Shown here piece by piece: positions 11,344 to 24,555 of a stretch of DNA of 64,000 nucleotides. Below the pieces are notes generated by a model. That model had not been told where the DNA came from. It saw nothing but the letters and a program-made list of their open reading frames with translations, and did not search any database. The position numbers and the translations under genes were made by a program. Location of the stretch: positions 25,206,912 to 25,270,911 of the forward strand of contig NC_092675.1 in assembly GCF_964355755.1 (NCBI RefSeq). The letters run 5' to 3'. Source of the DNA: Antedon mediterranea (taxonomy: Eukaryota > Animalia > Echinodermata). Position 1 is the stretch's first letter. Every line of letters begins with the position of its first letter.

Positions 11344-14300
11344 TTTAATATGCATTTGATTTTGTAACTATGTACAGTATTTTGAAACAACGGCAGACTC
11401 AATATAAGAAAATGATTCTTTATATAATGCTGTTTAGCGCTGGAATATACTAGTGCTATAAGAAAATGTACGCAAATTGTTGAATATTATAGACACCTCT
11501 ATTTTAAAACAAAATAAATGTATGTACAAAAATGTATAGATAGTAGTCAGTAAAATTAATGTGTAATTTAAAACATTTATGTCGCTTTTTAGCTAGCAAT
11601 TTAGCGAAAAAATCCCAAGCAATATTAGTAATCTTGATGCAGGATAAAATGATTTTATACAAATAATATGTAAATTAGATGCATTTAATATATTTTATAT
11701 CGAGGTTTTATGTAGTTAATGTACATTCTGTCCAATATTATATTTCATCTATTTGTGTTTTCATTGATTTTGTTGTGATATAGTTAAAATCATTAAGGTA
11801 TTTAGATGTTTTCAATTTTGTTAAACAAGTATTGTACAATTATTTTATTTTAACTATAACAATTCCTTTGACTGTATCAGGGAAATCCATGTCAACTCAA
11901 CTAAGAATTTTCCTAAATTTGTCCGTGTTTTCCTTTTTTTTTATTTGTTGGCCACGATGGGAAAGGACCAGAGATGGAAACATTTTTATTTCGGTCGCCT
12001 AATTAGCGAATGGAACAACATTTTTGCTAATTTATTAAAGTTTATTATTAAATTATTCATCATTATTTTTTTTTACTTATTAATCTTTTTATTTTCGGAA
12101 TACCATAGGCATATCCATAGCAAAAAAATCAAAGAAATAATTGGAAAAATTGTCAAGTGCTTTGACATGGTATTGCCCACCAAGTTAATTCATGGGGGAT
12201 AAGATCAGTTTGTGTGTTAAAAAAATAGAATTATTTGAATGATACATCGGAGGGCACAACAATTACTGTGCTGCAGTTACCCTTGAAACCGTTTGGGTTT
12301 TCAAAGTTAAAAACATTTCAAAGGATGCATGTGCTGTACCTCATTGACAGATACAATTTTAACAGAATCGCTTTTGACAAGCATTTGCTTAGTCGCATCT
12401 TTTATACGTACCATCCTTGCAACCGAAAGACCTGATTTCCTATTTGAAGCGCGTAACAACTTTTTTGCTCACGTGCACTTGTGAGCAAGATGCGTAACGA
12501 TTAAATGCTCCATGTGTATAATGAAGACTCTGGTTGGTGGAATCTTGCTCTTCATCGTGATACATTTAAGAAAAAATAACCTACAAAACGATCAAAAGTT
12601 TAAATTAATTTGCTGGCATTAACTTTATTTTAAAGGCGCAATTGAAACGTTCATGTTAACTTAGGAAAGTAAGAAAAGTTGTATTATATTTATTTCCACT
12701 TGACCATCAATAAAAAAAACCCGATTTTATTTACTTTTTGACAATTTACAACTCCCACCAATCTTATTTTTCAGGTGTATACGTCACATTCCCATTGCTG
12801 TTTTAAGTATATAAATTATATTTAAATAAACATTATACTGTATGTAAGTCAACAGCTAATAAAATGTATAATTGCTGCATTTTAAATGTATGTATGTCAT
12901 TGTTCTTGCCTAAAATTGATTGATGTTTATTGAAATTTTTAAGGTAAAAGAAGACCTCTAGAAAACATTGCACTGTCTTCTATTTTCACTCTAGGTGTCT
13001 ATCCCTCGGTCCGAAGATGATGGTCTATGTTCCTTGTTGGTATCGATGGACTCTAAGATGGCGTACTAGTCCTATTCTGGTCTTAAAAGTCCTACACTGC
13101 AGGACACGTTGTTGCAGGTTATGACTTTTAAAGCTGTCTCTGTCTTCTCTAATTATCAATTTCTTGGTTTTTGCGCCAGAGTACCCAGTTTCTGACATCG
13201 ATGCTACATTTTGTCATGCATACCAACAAACTTTTATTTTTTTTTAAATTCAAATTAGGAATATACGTTTGACATAAATGATATCCGAGTTTGAAATAGC
13301 CATAATGAGGAGGATGCTTTAATAATGTTTGATGTTGTTCAGGGAGCACAGATAAAATATTTATAATTTATAATTAGATACCTGGATGATTCACAGTATT
13401 TTGTCGGTAAGTCGGTCTGTGTTTATATTGTCAGAATTAAGTTTGCGTTCAATTCTAATTGTACATGATGATGATAAACCCCCTTCAATTTTCAAAATAT
13501 TCTTTTCACACATTGAATAAAGTTGATGAGTTGAGAATTGAGTACAGCTGAATCCTGATTTTAAAAGCATTTCCATTTATTAAAATCGCTTTTACTAGTA
13601 GGCCTACTTAGTAGATTGACGGAAATTAGGCTACAGCATCATACTTTCTGACCAGAACAGCCAAAGGGGAATTTTAGTTTATAAGGTCCATGGTCAGCTG
13701 TTCTCAATATCAAGCATGAAATTGCGGATCAGGAAAACACGCGATTGAAACGGGTTGATGAGCTAAAATTGGTATTCAATTCAATTCAACTTTATTTCAG
13801 ACAAACTGTCCATATGAAACACATAAAGTTTACAAAAACAACACATTATATTATATTAAAGAAGACTTATATTAGTTATAAGTTGGATTAGTAATTTGGT
13901 ACCAATTGACAAGAATTATTTACAGTGTATCTTTTCATATAAAAACAGTTGTATAATAAATAAATAAAACAAGAGGCCCTTATTGTATTGGTGTGTTAAG
14001 ACCATCATCCAGTCTTAAGAACTTTCTGTCTGCTGTGAAAGTTTCTCGTTCTCCTGTGTTTTCACACTTTAATCTTCTATTCAGTTTTTATAGCACTGTT
14101 TCACAGTTTGTGGATATACTAAGCCTAGGAGGCAGTTGAAAACTATATTGAAATTTGAGGCAACTTATGCAAATATTTTCTGTTTGGCTGTTACTGCACC
14201 TATCGCTGGAGCAGCTGCCTTTTCATTATGCAAGTGGGATGTGAGTCAGAAACTACTACATTATATTATTTAGGCCTCTATGTACGAATGTAAACAAGCC

Positions 14301-15843
14301 AGGAAATACACCTCAAAACAAACTAATGTGGTTCGAAGGAGCGGATGATTAAACTCCCTCAACACACCAGTATTTCAAAGTCATCACATAAATAACATTA
14401 AATACATGGCGCGAAGATAATTTAAGAAACTTTCGTTTTAAGTTAGTCTTTATTATTTTTTTCAAAGTTTAAATAAAATACATAGATACATTAACGATCC
14501 GTTAAAAAAGCCTAAAAATAGGAATCCTCATAGGCCTACTCATTTTCGGCTCTTCTCATTTTATTTCACCTACTTTGTTGATTGTCTTACCATTAAATAT
14601 GATTTTATTTTAAATTTTTCCAAAAATTATTATATTAAATTGAAAAGGGATTAATTTCGCTTTTCACAATACTTGGAATTTTTACTCCTATCTTGACAAT
14701 GATTTCACGCATAATATTAAACAAATCTTATTTGTGTAAATTACTTGACTATGAAGATTTTATTTAATTTTTAAGATCGAATTTAATTTTGGTTGGCGAT
14801 TCTCATTCTAGAGATCTTCATTGTGATCAATCTATCAGTGGGCGGTTTAGAGTTTCTCAATGCCTGCAAATTTATAAATAATTTACTTAAAAAGTAAATC
14901 TTGAAATAAACATCATGGTAAATAAATATGTTAAATTCGGTCTATATTTAACTTGTTTTACTGTATTAATTTTGACCTATTCTTCGATTTAAACTAACCT
15001 AGTTGATGTTTAGGCTATAGTATTCATTTTTATATGTTATGCTCGAATAAAATAAAACGAAATAGCTAATTTCTAGATCCTCGTCCGCAGTGAGTATTTT
15101 ATACCATTGATATTTATAGCTTGTTTGCAAGCCCGGCCCTACTGTATGTATAAACACCAGGGAAAATAGGACAACAAACGTGTTTAGGACTATGATAATA
15201 CCCATGATGTATGCCTAGAATCTAACTTAAAGATATCTACTTATTTTATATTTTATTCCAATTTGTATTCCACAGCAAGAACCTCCTAATTTTACTTTAT
15301 AGATTTAAAAAAACATACAATAAATAATTAATGAATTGAAAACTTTAGACGATCATATTAAAAATCTCATAAATTTCTTTTCTTTTTTTTCTTTTCAATT
15401 CAATTCAATTCAAAGAACATTTATTCATGTCCAGAAGACACAAAAGTAACAAAAACAAAATGTCAAGGGATAGCCCCAAAGGCCTACAAGAAAATGGACG
15501 ATGGCAAATCCCAAAAAGATTAGAATCTTGTGACAGGATTGCCTTTACAAATTTAAATTAAGAGAAAAATATAAGGTAAATTAATTAATTTAACAATAAA
15601 GAAATAAAAAATGAATATAAAACCAGTAGATAAAAATTGGAATAAAAAGTAAAAAATGATGAACAGGAAAAAGTAAAGCTGCATGGCATAGAGCGAATAT
15701 GATGACAAAATAAATACAACAATTTAGGTAGGATCATTTTCGGATTGTGTCATATTTAGGCCTACATTTGTTTGTCCTGTAATTTTTGTTTAAATAATCG
15801 CTAACAGTTATTACAAAATAGACTACAAAATGTTGGAATAAAC

Positions 15844-15879
15844 CATAGAGATATTATAGTGAACTATAATATCACTATG
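15844..15879. mobile_element. 36-bp palindromic insertion with 7-bp TSD (P-superfamily-like remnant)
   Basis: aataaac|CATAGAGATATTATAGTGAACTATAATATCACTATG|aataaac. Confidence 0.75.
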
Positions 15880-16316
15880 AATAAACATACGACGTAGTGG
15901 GTAGTTAGCCTATTATAATCGATGACGTAATTCATATTAGCATAACATACCCTTTGACCTCTCATTAATTTTACACGAAATTACACCACGACGATCGAAA
16001 AACGACGGGTAGAGAGAGGAGAGGACCTGGTGGTGTGGCGTGAGCGATTATACTGATCGTGAAAAAGTCAGGCCTAGCCACTGCAGTTGTTAGGTACAGT
16101 CTAGGCTAGAGTAATGCATGGAAAGTGACGAATGTGTCCTTTAAACAGTTAGATATTAGATATTGTTTTGCACCCAATTATATTTCAAGGCTTATTATAC
16201 GTGAGCCTTCATTAATTACGACCATGCACGAACGCTGGACTTAAATCTAACAATAACATCACTTTTTATAGGCTGGCGACACACACTAATAATATCTTCC
16301 TTTTAGCCGCCGGTAG
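15880..16316 (+). promoter_or_regulatory. Probable distal promoter and non-coding first exon of the SAM/MAST gene
   Basis: CpG-enriched; CRE-like TGACGTAA at 15923-15930; donor-like CG|GTAGGT (16313) or AG|GTACGT (16317); acceptor downstream at 17196. Confidence 0.45.
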
Positions 16317-17220
16317 GTACGTGTTCAATCAGTGGTGGTGTGGTGAAGGCTATTACCACTATTGTGTGTGTGCAGTGACACCGTGGCAACACTGCTACTC
16401 AGGAGCTCTGCTCTTCATTGTAAAAGGTGGGATGGAATACTGAGCTTTTTTTTTTTTATAAAATAAGATAAATTTTAACAGATTCCTATTGAATATGGAT
16501 CAACGATTCTTCAGTCAACAGACACTGGCGCACGGATATATACTAGAACTAGGCTATACTATATAGGCTAGGCCTAGGCAGACAAGAATTTTTTAAAATA
16601 TGTAATGTAGGCTGAAGTAGCCTAGCCCATTTTTGTTTTACATTTATAATATAATAAATGATAAAGCAGATTTAAAAGTTGTTTGGTTAGGAAGTCACTA
16701 TCAACACCATTGATTGGCGTTAACTGTGCAATGTAATTGTGTTTTATGGTGCTTTATCTCTATATATGGCGAATTGATTTCAGATAATAATAATAATATT
16801 AATACAGTAGTAACAAATATTTGATTATATCATGGAGAAATATACATGATTATAGTGATTAAGAATCAGTAAACGATCCAGGATTAGGCGAGGTGAAGGC
16901 GAGGACTTAAAAATTGTAAAATATTAAAGTGCTGAACTTAACAACATCTGCTATCTTTTGTGCACATTTGGATTGGGTGGAGGAAAGTGACATTGTGGCA
17001 GCCCAATACAACATTCCCCCCTCCCCCTCCCAATACAACATTTCCCCCACCCTCTTCTTTGGATATGCCTATGAGAATTAAGGTACAAAATACACAAATG
17101 GAGCATCAAGGCTTTAGATACAGTAGATAGATAGAAAATAGATGTATGATTAAATGGAGCAATTGGTGAAATAAATTTGTTTTTATACCTCTACAGGGTT
17201 GAGTACAGAATGGAACGACA

Positions 17221-17487
17221 ATGACAACGCCGAGTGATTTTGTGACACCGCCATCATCCCCCCGTAAATTTCTTGTTGCCTTTTTGTGTCGCCATCATCT
17301 TGAAGATTGCATACGTTTCTTTGCAAACGATTATACTATCGATGACTTCCGTGCCTTGACTGAAGATGACTTGGAAGACATTGGCATTACATGTGCTAAA
17401 ACTCGCGAGAAATTAATGCGATCGGTATCAGCGGCTCGAGAAGAATTCGATGAAAATGAACAGTCTGTGCAAGATGAGGATTCAGAG
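17221..17487 (+). CDS. SAM-domain-encoding first coding exon, probably spliced to the MAST common exon at 46387
   Basis: Exon 17197-17487 (ctctacag acceptor, GAG|GTAAGT donor, phase 0); in-frame TGA upstream of the ATG; FLCRHHLEDCIRFF...IDDFRALTEDDLEDIGIT...REKLMRSV fits the SAM pattern. Confidence 0.85.
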
Positions 17488-17587
17488 GTAAGTTTAGTTA
17501 CTTTTTAAAATTGACAAATTAAAAAGATTAATATGATTTTATCATAATGAATTAAGGTGCACCTATCATAATGTCATACAGAGAGAC

Positions 17588-17772
17588 TGGGTTAAATTCT
17601 CAACAAATCCCAGTCTACTCAGATGTAAATACCTAGTTAAAAATACTATGGGAGGTAAGCGACATGGAAAGGAGCTGGCCACCCTACCATATAATGCAGA
17701 TGCTTGGTAAAATGAGCTGCTAACAGCTCATTCCCATTACGTTCAGGAATGAATACAGGACCTTTACCTTTA
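17588..17772 (+). mobile_element. SINE (Nin/Deu-domain-like)
   Basis: ctactcagatgtaaat core-like segment, ggagctggccaccctacc and a 3' ACCTTTACCTTT tail. Confidence 0.55.
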
Positions 17773-17825
17773 TCATAATTACAAAAATGTTATCATTCAC
17801 TTTAAAATGAAGGTAAAAAGGGAAG

Positions 17826-18080
17826 TATTTATTATTGTCCTCAAGCTTAACTGGAAACGGGATGGATTAGGCCCTCGGCCAGCAGTGCAGCGCCTACCAG
17901 ATCAGTAGCACACTGGGAGACGATCCCCTACTCTTTTCGAATATTAAGTTCTTTAAAGTGCACTATACACATATGTACACAGGACCGCTGGAATTACGTC
18001 CCATCTGAAGGACGAGGCAATGAGAGTAAAGCATCTTGCCTAAATTGCAATCAGTTTGGTACAGATGGGCTCGAACCCAT
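17826..18080 (-). mobile_element. tRNA-derived SINE
   Basis: B box (reverse complement of gggctcgaaccc, 18067-18078), ttaggcaagatgcttt core-like segment, cccctactcttttcgaata body and AT-rich tail. Confidence 0.6.
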
Positions 18081-18126
18081 GTCTATCACATGCTGGTTCG
18101 ATATTATTGACACCATCACTCTCAGA

Positions 18127-18222
18127 TACAGCACTCGCGATAGTCCCATCCAGAACGCAACTGGGCCCAACATTGCTTAACTTTCGTGATCTTATGAAAA
18201 CCGAAATATTCAGAGTAGTTAA
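18127..18222 (-). pseudogene. Degenerate 5S rRNA-derived sequence (pseudogene or SINE3 head)
   Basis: tacagcac...tcccatcca...gcccaacattgcttaactttcgtgatc aligns by eye to the reverse complement of 5S rRNA, with substitutions and a deletion. Confidence 0.65.
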
Positions 18223-18760
18223 ATGTATACTCTTGTATGGTAAAAGGAGAGTTGATTCTCTATACGAACAGGTTTCAACGGTGTTTAACGCAGTATACTA
18301 TGGCTTCAAACAGTTGAAATTTGCAAAGAATTTAAGTTAGCGTTTATTATCTTAGCGTTTGTTATCTTATCTATCTTCATCCTGGCTTTTGGGTAAACTT
18401 GATACTTTATAGTTTACATTATCATATTACACAATTATCCTATTTTTATACTGTAGTTCAAAGTTATAAATATAACTAGATACTAAATATAGATGACACC
18501 ACCGCTGTCACTAACCTCATCATCACATTTACAGTTCTAGTCCCATTTGATATCACCACCACTTACTACTATCAACAACACTATCATAGATAGAGTACTA
18601 CCACTTTTACTACCAGTACCACCCAACACCACTACCGTCATCATCATCTACCACCTTCCTAATTATTAACTATCATTTCCTTTTTTAAACCACAAACAAT
18701 CGATGTAATCAAAGTCTTCCGGATTATGAAATCTTTTAACTTCTGTTGACTACTTGATAT

Positions 18761-19085
18761 CTGTTTCTGTTAGCACCGAGTAAAAATATGATTTCTGTTA
18801 AATTGGTGCTCCCAAATAACTGTCGTCGACAGTAAATGTTTACCCAAAATCCTTGTTCATGTTTTCAATCAAGATACTATAGTAGTTGACCGAAGGTCGT
18901 CAATCAAATAACCGTTATGTTGCTTTTCATCTAAAAGTTGCCCAATTGATAGGGGTTTTTTAACCATCATTTTCCAGCTGCCATTAACCAGTTATTGACA
19001 ATTTTTCCTATTTCTGCTGCAGAAGATATTGGTATTAATTTATTCACACTGTTAATAATCAGTTATTTTTTCACAGCAGAAACAG
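18761..19085. mobile_element. Diverged MITE related to the 31983 element
   Basis: ctgtttctgtt ... agcagaaacag inverted ends. Confidence 0.4.
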
Positions 19086-19899
19086 GAATTTTTTTATTGA
19101 CTTAACTTGAGATTCTTAATCAAAAGTTGAAATAAGTAAACGACTCCAGCAACTCAACTATGAATTAGTAGATTCCAATCAAATGAAACATGGCCATTGA
19201 AATATTCAAAGTAGTTAAATGTCAAAATTCGAAATTAGTTTGTACAATTTCTTGATAAACGATAGTAATTATGCGAATGGATTAAAATGCCAATGGCACA
19301 GAATGTATACTTGTTTGTATGGTAAAAAGAGAGTTGCTTCTCTACACCAACAGGTTTCTTGTCTCTGGACTTTAAAACGTCAATATTTTGATATGCCTGT
19401 TACTAGAGTAAAGATAGGTTTATCATCAGACTCCATTTTGGTAAGTATAAAGTAACCTACGTTACTTGTGTCAAGAATTGATTTTGCAAATTTAAATAAT
19501 GTTTGGTTCAAGGTGATTAAAACTACTGTATAAGAATTCACATTCCTTCCAGTAATGTAGATGTTTTTAATTCAATGCAAATAGTGTGTTGCTAAAAAAT
19601 CTTCTTTATTTTTATATTTTGAAATAGTTTTCAAGTACAAAGTCTTGTTACAAAACATAGATTTTTTTTTTTGAGATCACAGCTTGTTTTGGGTGTGTAT
19701 CGAGACCGATACAAATGCGGCAAGACCAGTACAGGTTTACACCTGACAAGTTTGCCCTAAGGTTATCAATCCCAGCTTGCTTTCTTAATGTACCTTATTG
19801 TGCAGATGACTCATATAAATATTGAGATAATATTTATTATTTATGTTGGTGGTAATGGTATAGTAATGGAAAATACATAAAATATTCTATTCTATACAG

Positions 19900-20078
19900 G
19901 TTTTAATATGGCGCCCTACAAAGAACAGAGTGCCTAACAATACTTAGTAATTATTTAAAAAGAAAAGTTTTAGGTTGCGTTTAAATAAAGGTGCCGAATT
20001 CGCTCCTCTCAAGTCGACAGGTAGCGCGTTCCAGATCCACAGAGCGGCGACAGAAAAAGCACTGTCACCAGCTTTCCG
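19900..20078 (-). mobile_element. L2-clade LINE 3' end fragment
   Basis: Minus strand translates RKAGDSAFSVAALWIWNALPVDLRGANSAPLFKRNLK, matching the L2 ORF2 C-terminus (GDRAFSVAAPxLWNxLP), followed by an L2-like 3' tail. Confidence 0.8.
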
Positions 20079-20955
20079 ATTAGATTGTATAATATGATAT
20101 TTTAGGGGTTTTTTTCAATTAAACTAACGCTACTGATAACTAAAATAGTCTAATCCGAATGCATTTTTAATGTTTACTTTTCAAATTGGTATTTAAAATT
20201 CTCTGTAATTTTATTTAGTAAGGAATTAATTTAAAATCATTATACTGTTACTGCAGTAAATTTCATTTTACTAATGTATAATTTTGATTAGTTTCAAGGT
20301 AGAAGTGTATGAGGCAGTCACTAAGGATACCTTCTATTAAACAAATTTTTGTTTATTTATCAACCCAAAACATTTTCTCCCCAAAAAAATTAGTGATGTA
20401 CAACTACAGTACTGCAGCTTATGTTTGAGAATAGTAAGCAAATTACCCAAAGTGGCTTCAAATATTATATTTCATTTTTCATTAGTCTTCAGCACCAATT
20501 AAAGGAACATGCTAGATTATATTCAACAGCATTAAAAATGATAATTGTTATCATCACAAAGTTTATCTTAACAACAGTGAGTTTATCTAACTGTAAACAT
20601 TCAGTATTGATACTACAGTACACTAGGTGCAGTTTGGCAATGTTTATTTGTAATGTCCTTTATACTCTACTATACATTATCCAAATCCCTTTAAGTACAT
20701 GCCTACTCTACAGTAAGCATTGATAGATATGCAATGAGATGATCATTGAATCTAGAATATTCATCGTATGCACTTCACTGGATAGATTACTTCGGCACTC
20801 GTGCTAGGCATGGTTGCAGTACCGTATCACACTGTAATCGTCAGTCATAGCTGGAGGATGTATATTATAGTTTTAATCAACGTTTAGTAGTAGTATAATA
20901 GCGACTTGTAGTACGGAATGGTCATCATAATTATTTCTAACATTTTCCGGTCAGC

Positions 20956-20997
20956 ATGGTTGACCTACGAAAAAAGAGAGGATCTATTGTATCCATG
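20956..20997 (+). CDS. MAST: Candidate alternative first coding exon of MAST (MVDLRKKRGSIVSM)
   Basis: Upstream in-frame TAA at 20938, ATG, donor ATG|GTAAAT, phase 0; relatively GC-rich upstream leader. Confidence 0.5.
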
Positions 20998-22650
20998 GTA
21001 AATATTGACTTTTTATTTCTATACATTTAGTAGGTGTTGCCTTATTAAATTCAAGTTTTTCAAAATGATATTCTTCATCTAATTATCATAACACTAGCAT
21101 CCTTATATATTTTCTTGATCCATTGATTTTGGAGGCATGTAATTCATTACAGGTTACAGTATCGTAACTTCTACAATATATTATTCCTACCATAAACATT
21201 GATTACCATAGTACAATTTATTGTAATGCTTGTATTAAATTCCATTGTAATATAAACACAAGAGAATGAAGGAAACGTGTGTTAGTATTAAACTGTAATA
21301 CAGATTGGTTTACACAGTAGTAAAATATGGTTGGTGCAGTTCTGTAGACAAAACGTTGAAAGTCCATGTTGGATGGATGTGTTGAGTATTTAGAAATCTC
21401 ACCATGGAGCAACTGGTCTCAACTGTTGTAAGATGAAATACAAGTTATTAATTGTTATACTTAAAATGAGTCTCTGCCACCACACCCTTCCACTAACCTT
21501 CCCACTCCCAACTCCCCGTATAAGCAGTACAAACTGGTAGGCCACTTGGCCTTACTTTATATTTAAATAATGATATGCCACTGCCCTCTTCCAACTTTCT
21601 ATCCTCAACATTTAAAAAAGAATAAGATATTATCATAAATTATAATTTTAAAGTTTGTTATTTTTCATATACTGTACTACTACTAGGCCTACAGTATAGA
21701 AAACAAGATGTACAGTAATACTTATAATTTTGTTTTCATATACATTTTTAAGTTCATAAAACTTCAGAATACCTTATGAACTTTTAGTACGACATTTATA
21801 GGGATTTAAGTATACACTACTTTACTGAGTGACACAATTTTATTACACAGGAAGCTGTATTTAATAGCAATTCACAGTTTGATAAACCATAGCTCCTGTA
21901 CATTAAGAACATTAAAGATACTAATAACTAAGTATTGGTAATAACAATCTTTTATTTAGTTTCAATTTCATAACATATACTTTATGGAAAATACTACCAT
22001 ACTGTATGATCAAATGCCATGCTCTAGTATAATCCCACCCCCTAATTTTCTATACATTTCAAACACAAGGGACAACAATAACAATGTATTATTTTGTTAT
22101 GGTAAAGATTGTTGCAATTATCACATACTAAGAAAAAAAAAATCAAGATTATTAGAGGTGCTGTAATCATATAATTCACTGTATGGTAGGTAGTAAATGA
22201 TAATCATTTACCGGTATATAAGCTGTAATGTGTATAAAATTTGTTTGGATGGATGTACCCTTTTTTATTTTCAATATTGCGCTTTTAAAAATGTGATCAC
22301 ATTTTACGTTTGGAATAGAAACTAAATCATGTTCCACTGTTTAAAATTATTTCATAAAGGCAGTTTTCGGAGGAATTTTGTCTCAAGCAGCATTCTATAT
22401 TTATAGAAATTGTTGTATATTTATTAGTAAGTATGAGCTAAGCTTTTATACTTACATGGGCACCTGCAGTTTTCTATTAATTTGTATGAAAAAGGCATGA
22501 TGATCTGTGATAGGCTAGGCTTGGATCCAAGAATGAATCATCCAGTCCTGTTTCTAAATGGATTCAATCCAGTGTTTGGAAGATCTCTGTACACACTAGG
22601 ATTTTGTACTGTAAAGCTGAACTAGTGATTAGAAATGCTTGGAGTTGGAG

Positions 22651-22785
22651 ATGCTGTCCCTTATGTGTGTACTCGGACAATGGGCATCCAAATTAAATGG
22701 TTTTATGGGCGGTTTTGGTAACTGGGTTACAAAAACTATTCTGACTATTTCATGTCCATTTGTGGCTATTACGTTTGACCATAAG
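22651..22785 (+). CDS. MAST: Candidate alternative first coding exon of MAST (45 aa, MLSLMCVLGQWASK...ITFDHK)
   Basis: Upstream in-frame TAG at 22630, 45 open codons, consensus donor AAG|GTAAGT, phase 0. Confidence 0.55.
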
Positions 22786-24427
22786 GTAAGTAATTTCCAC
22801 CCTTTTACATTCTATTGATATATCATCATCAAGTTAACGGTCAATGGTGGTAGATGAACAACCTTGTTAAATGATTGGATCATTTTAATATATAAACTTA
22901 CTTGCAGATGTTCATATATTCTCTATACTGTAGGCCTAATTTAGATATAATTTATATTAATTTATTAAGTAAATTTTGTTCATAAATGTTTAATAAATAA
23001 TTTAAAGAAATAAGTTGTTTAATTATTTATAGCTAAAAATGGTAAGTCTTGATTTCCTTTAAAAGATACATGATAAAAAAAAAACTTCAACAAATAACCG
23101 GAAAAACTTACTGAATCTACACCCCTTGGCAATAAGGGTGTCCCTGTAGTATTTGAATGTTTAACATTAAATGTGCATTTCTGTCCAATGGCTTATCTGT
23201 ATGTGCATTAACATCAACTTAATATCTTCTAATGTGTCATTACTTTTCTCGTGTTTGAATGGAAATTTATTATTCAATTGTACACATTCAGTTTCTAACA
23301 AGCATTTTCCTGTGAAATGACACCCAGGGTATTGATTACCGCAAAGACTTTACAAAATGAATTTATAAATCAAAGTAGAAATAGCGCTTAATGGTTGGTA
23401 ATTATATTACTGTTGTATATTGAGTCACAAATGCATTACTTGGGTTACATGTGTAGTAAATTTGGATTTTTTGCCTCCATGCTTTTGTGTCTATTAACAA
23501 TCACTCAAAATTAGCCCTGTGTTTTAGCCTGCCTTCTAGCATAATAATTCCTATGGTTTGGGCATGGCACCTGTGTGCATGACCATTTGTACTGTATGTT
23601 GGCAAATCTTTGATTGTAATTTGGTTTCTGGCTGTGTGGCTTACAATATTGTCAATCTCAAATCCTAAGTTTAATATTGTCTGTTTAAACATTTCGTTTA
23701 TTTCAAGCCCATGACAAGACAAGTTTTTAGCTCTTTTTTTCATAATTTTTTAATTGTAAACACTTTACATTAAAGTTGTTTTTCCTAAAATGGTAAATCC
23801 ATATTTATAATTAATCTTATTTTATCTATTTCAATGCATCCACCCATCCATAATTTTGCTATCGTTTAGTTCACTCGGGGAGAAATTGACATACGGTATT
23901 GAATATAGAGAGATAGATTTTGCTCTGTAAATACCTAATTATAGATAATAGTTGATTCGCACTACTCATCACTGTAGTAAGCATTGGGAATTAAATGAGA
24001 TCCATGTACTAAGATCCTAACACGCAAACTGTTAGTATTTAGATTGTAGACTTAAACAACCTTGTACTTATCTTAAAATTAAATTATTCTAAAATTTAAA
24101 TTTGTAAAGAAACCAATTTTCTGTAGTTTGTGATTTTTATTTAGATGGTCATGATTAGATATTGCACTGTCAAATTTCCTACTGCATAAAATAAATTAAT
24201 GAAATCTATAAAATGATGTTGATTAAAATTTACAAACTTTAAAAAATCTAAATCTCTTAAGGGGACACCTTCAGAATCCCTTAAGGTGACACCTTCAGAA
24301 ACCAACAGAATAGAGGGAGTTGACATTAGTGTTATAAAACATATCCTCTCGTTCGTTTCATGGGAAATAGAGTTCTAATGTTTTTAATTCTTATTTCATT
24401 AACACTCACTTTTCAGTCATTACGGAT

Positions 24428-24555
24428 TGGACCCCATTGGAAATAAGTTTACTTTTTTGTCGACTTAATGGGTTATCCAGGTATTCTTTTAATACATTGT
24501 ATAAATTTTAACTTTTTATGTATGAATATCGAATAAAATCAATCAATCAATCAAT
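24428..24555 (+). mobile_element. CR1-group (Crack/Daphne-like) LINE 3' end
   Basis: ggaccccattggaaataag...tgggttatcc hairpin followed by AATAAA and a (TCAA)n tail. Confidence 0.45.

Noticed and set aside
12986-13150. Possible RTE-like LINE fragment
   Set aside because: Resemblance too weak to assign without a repeat-library search
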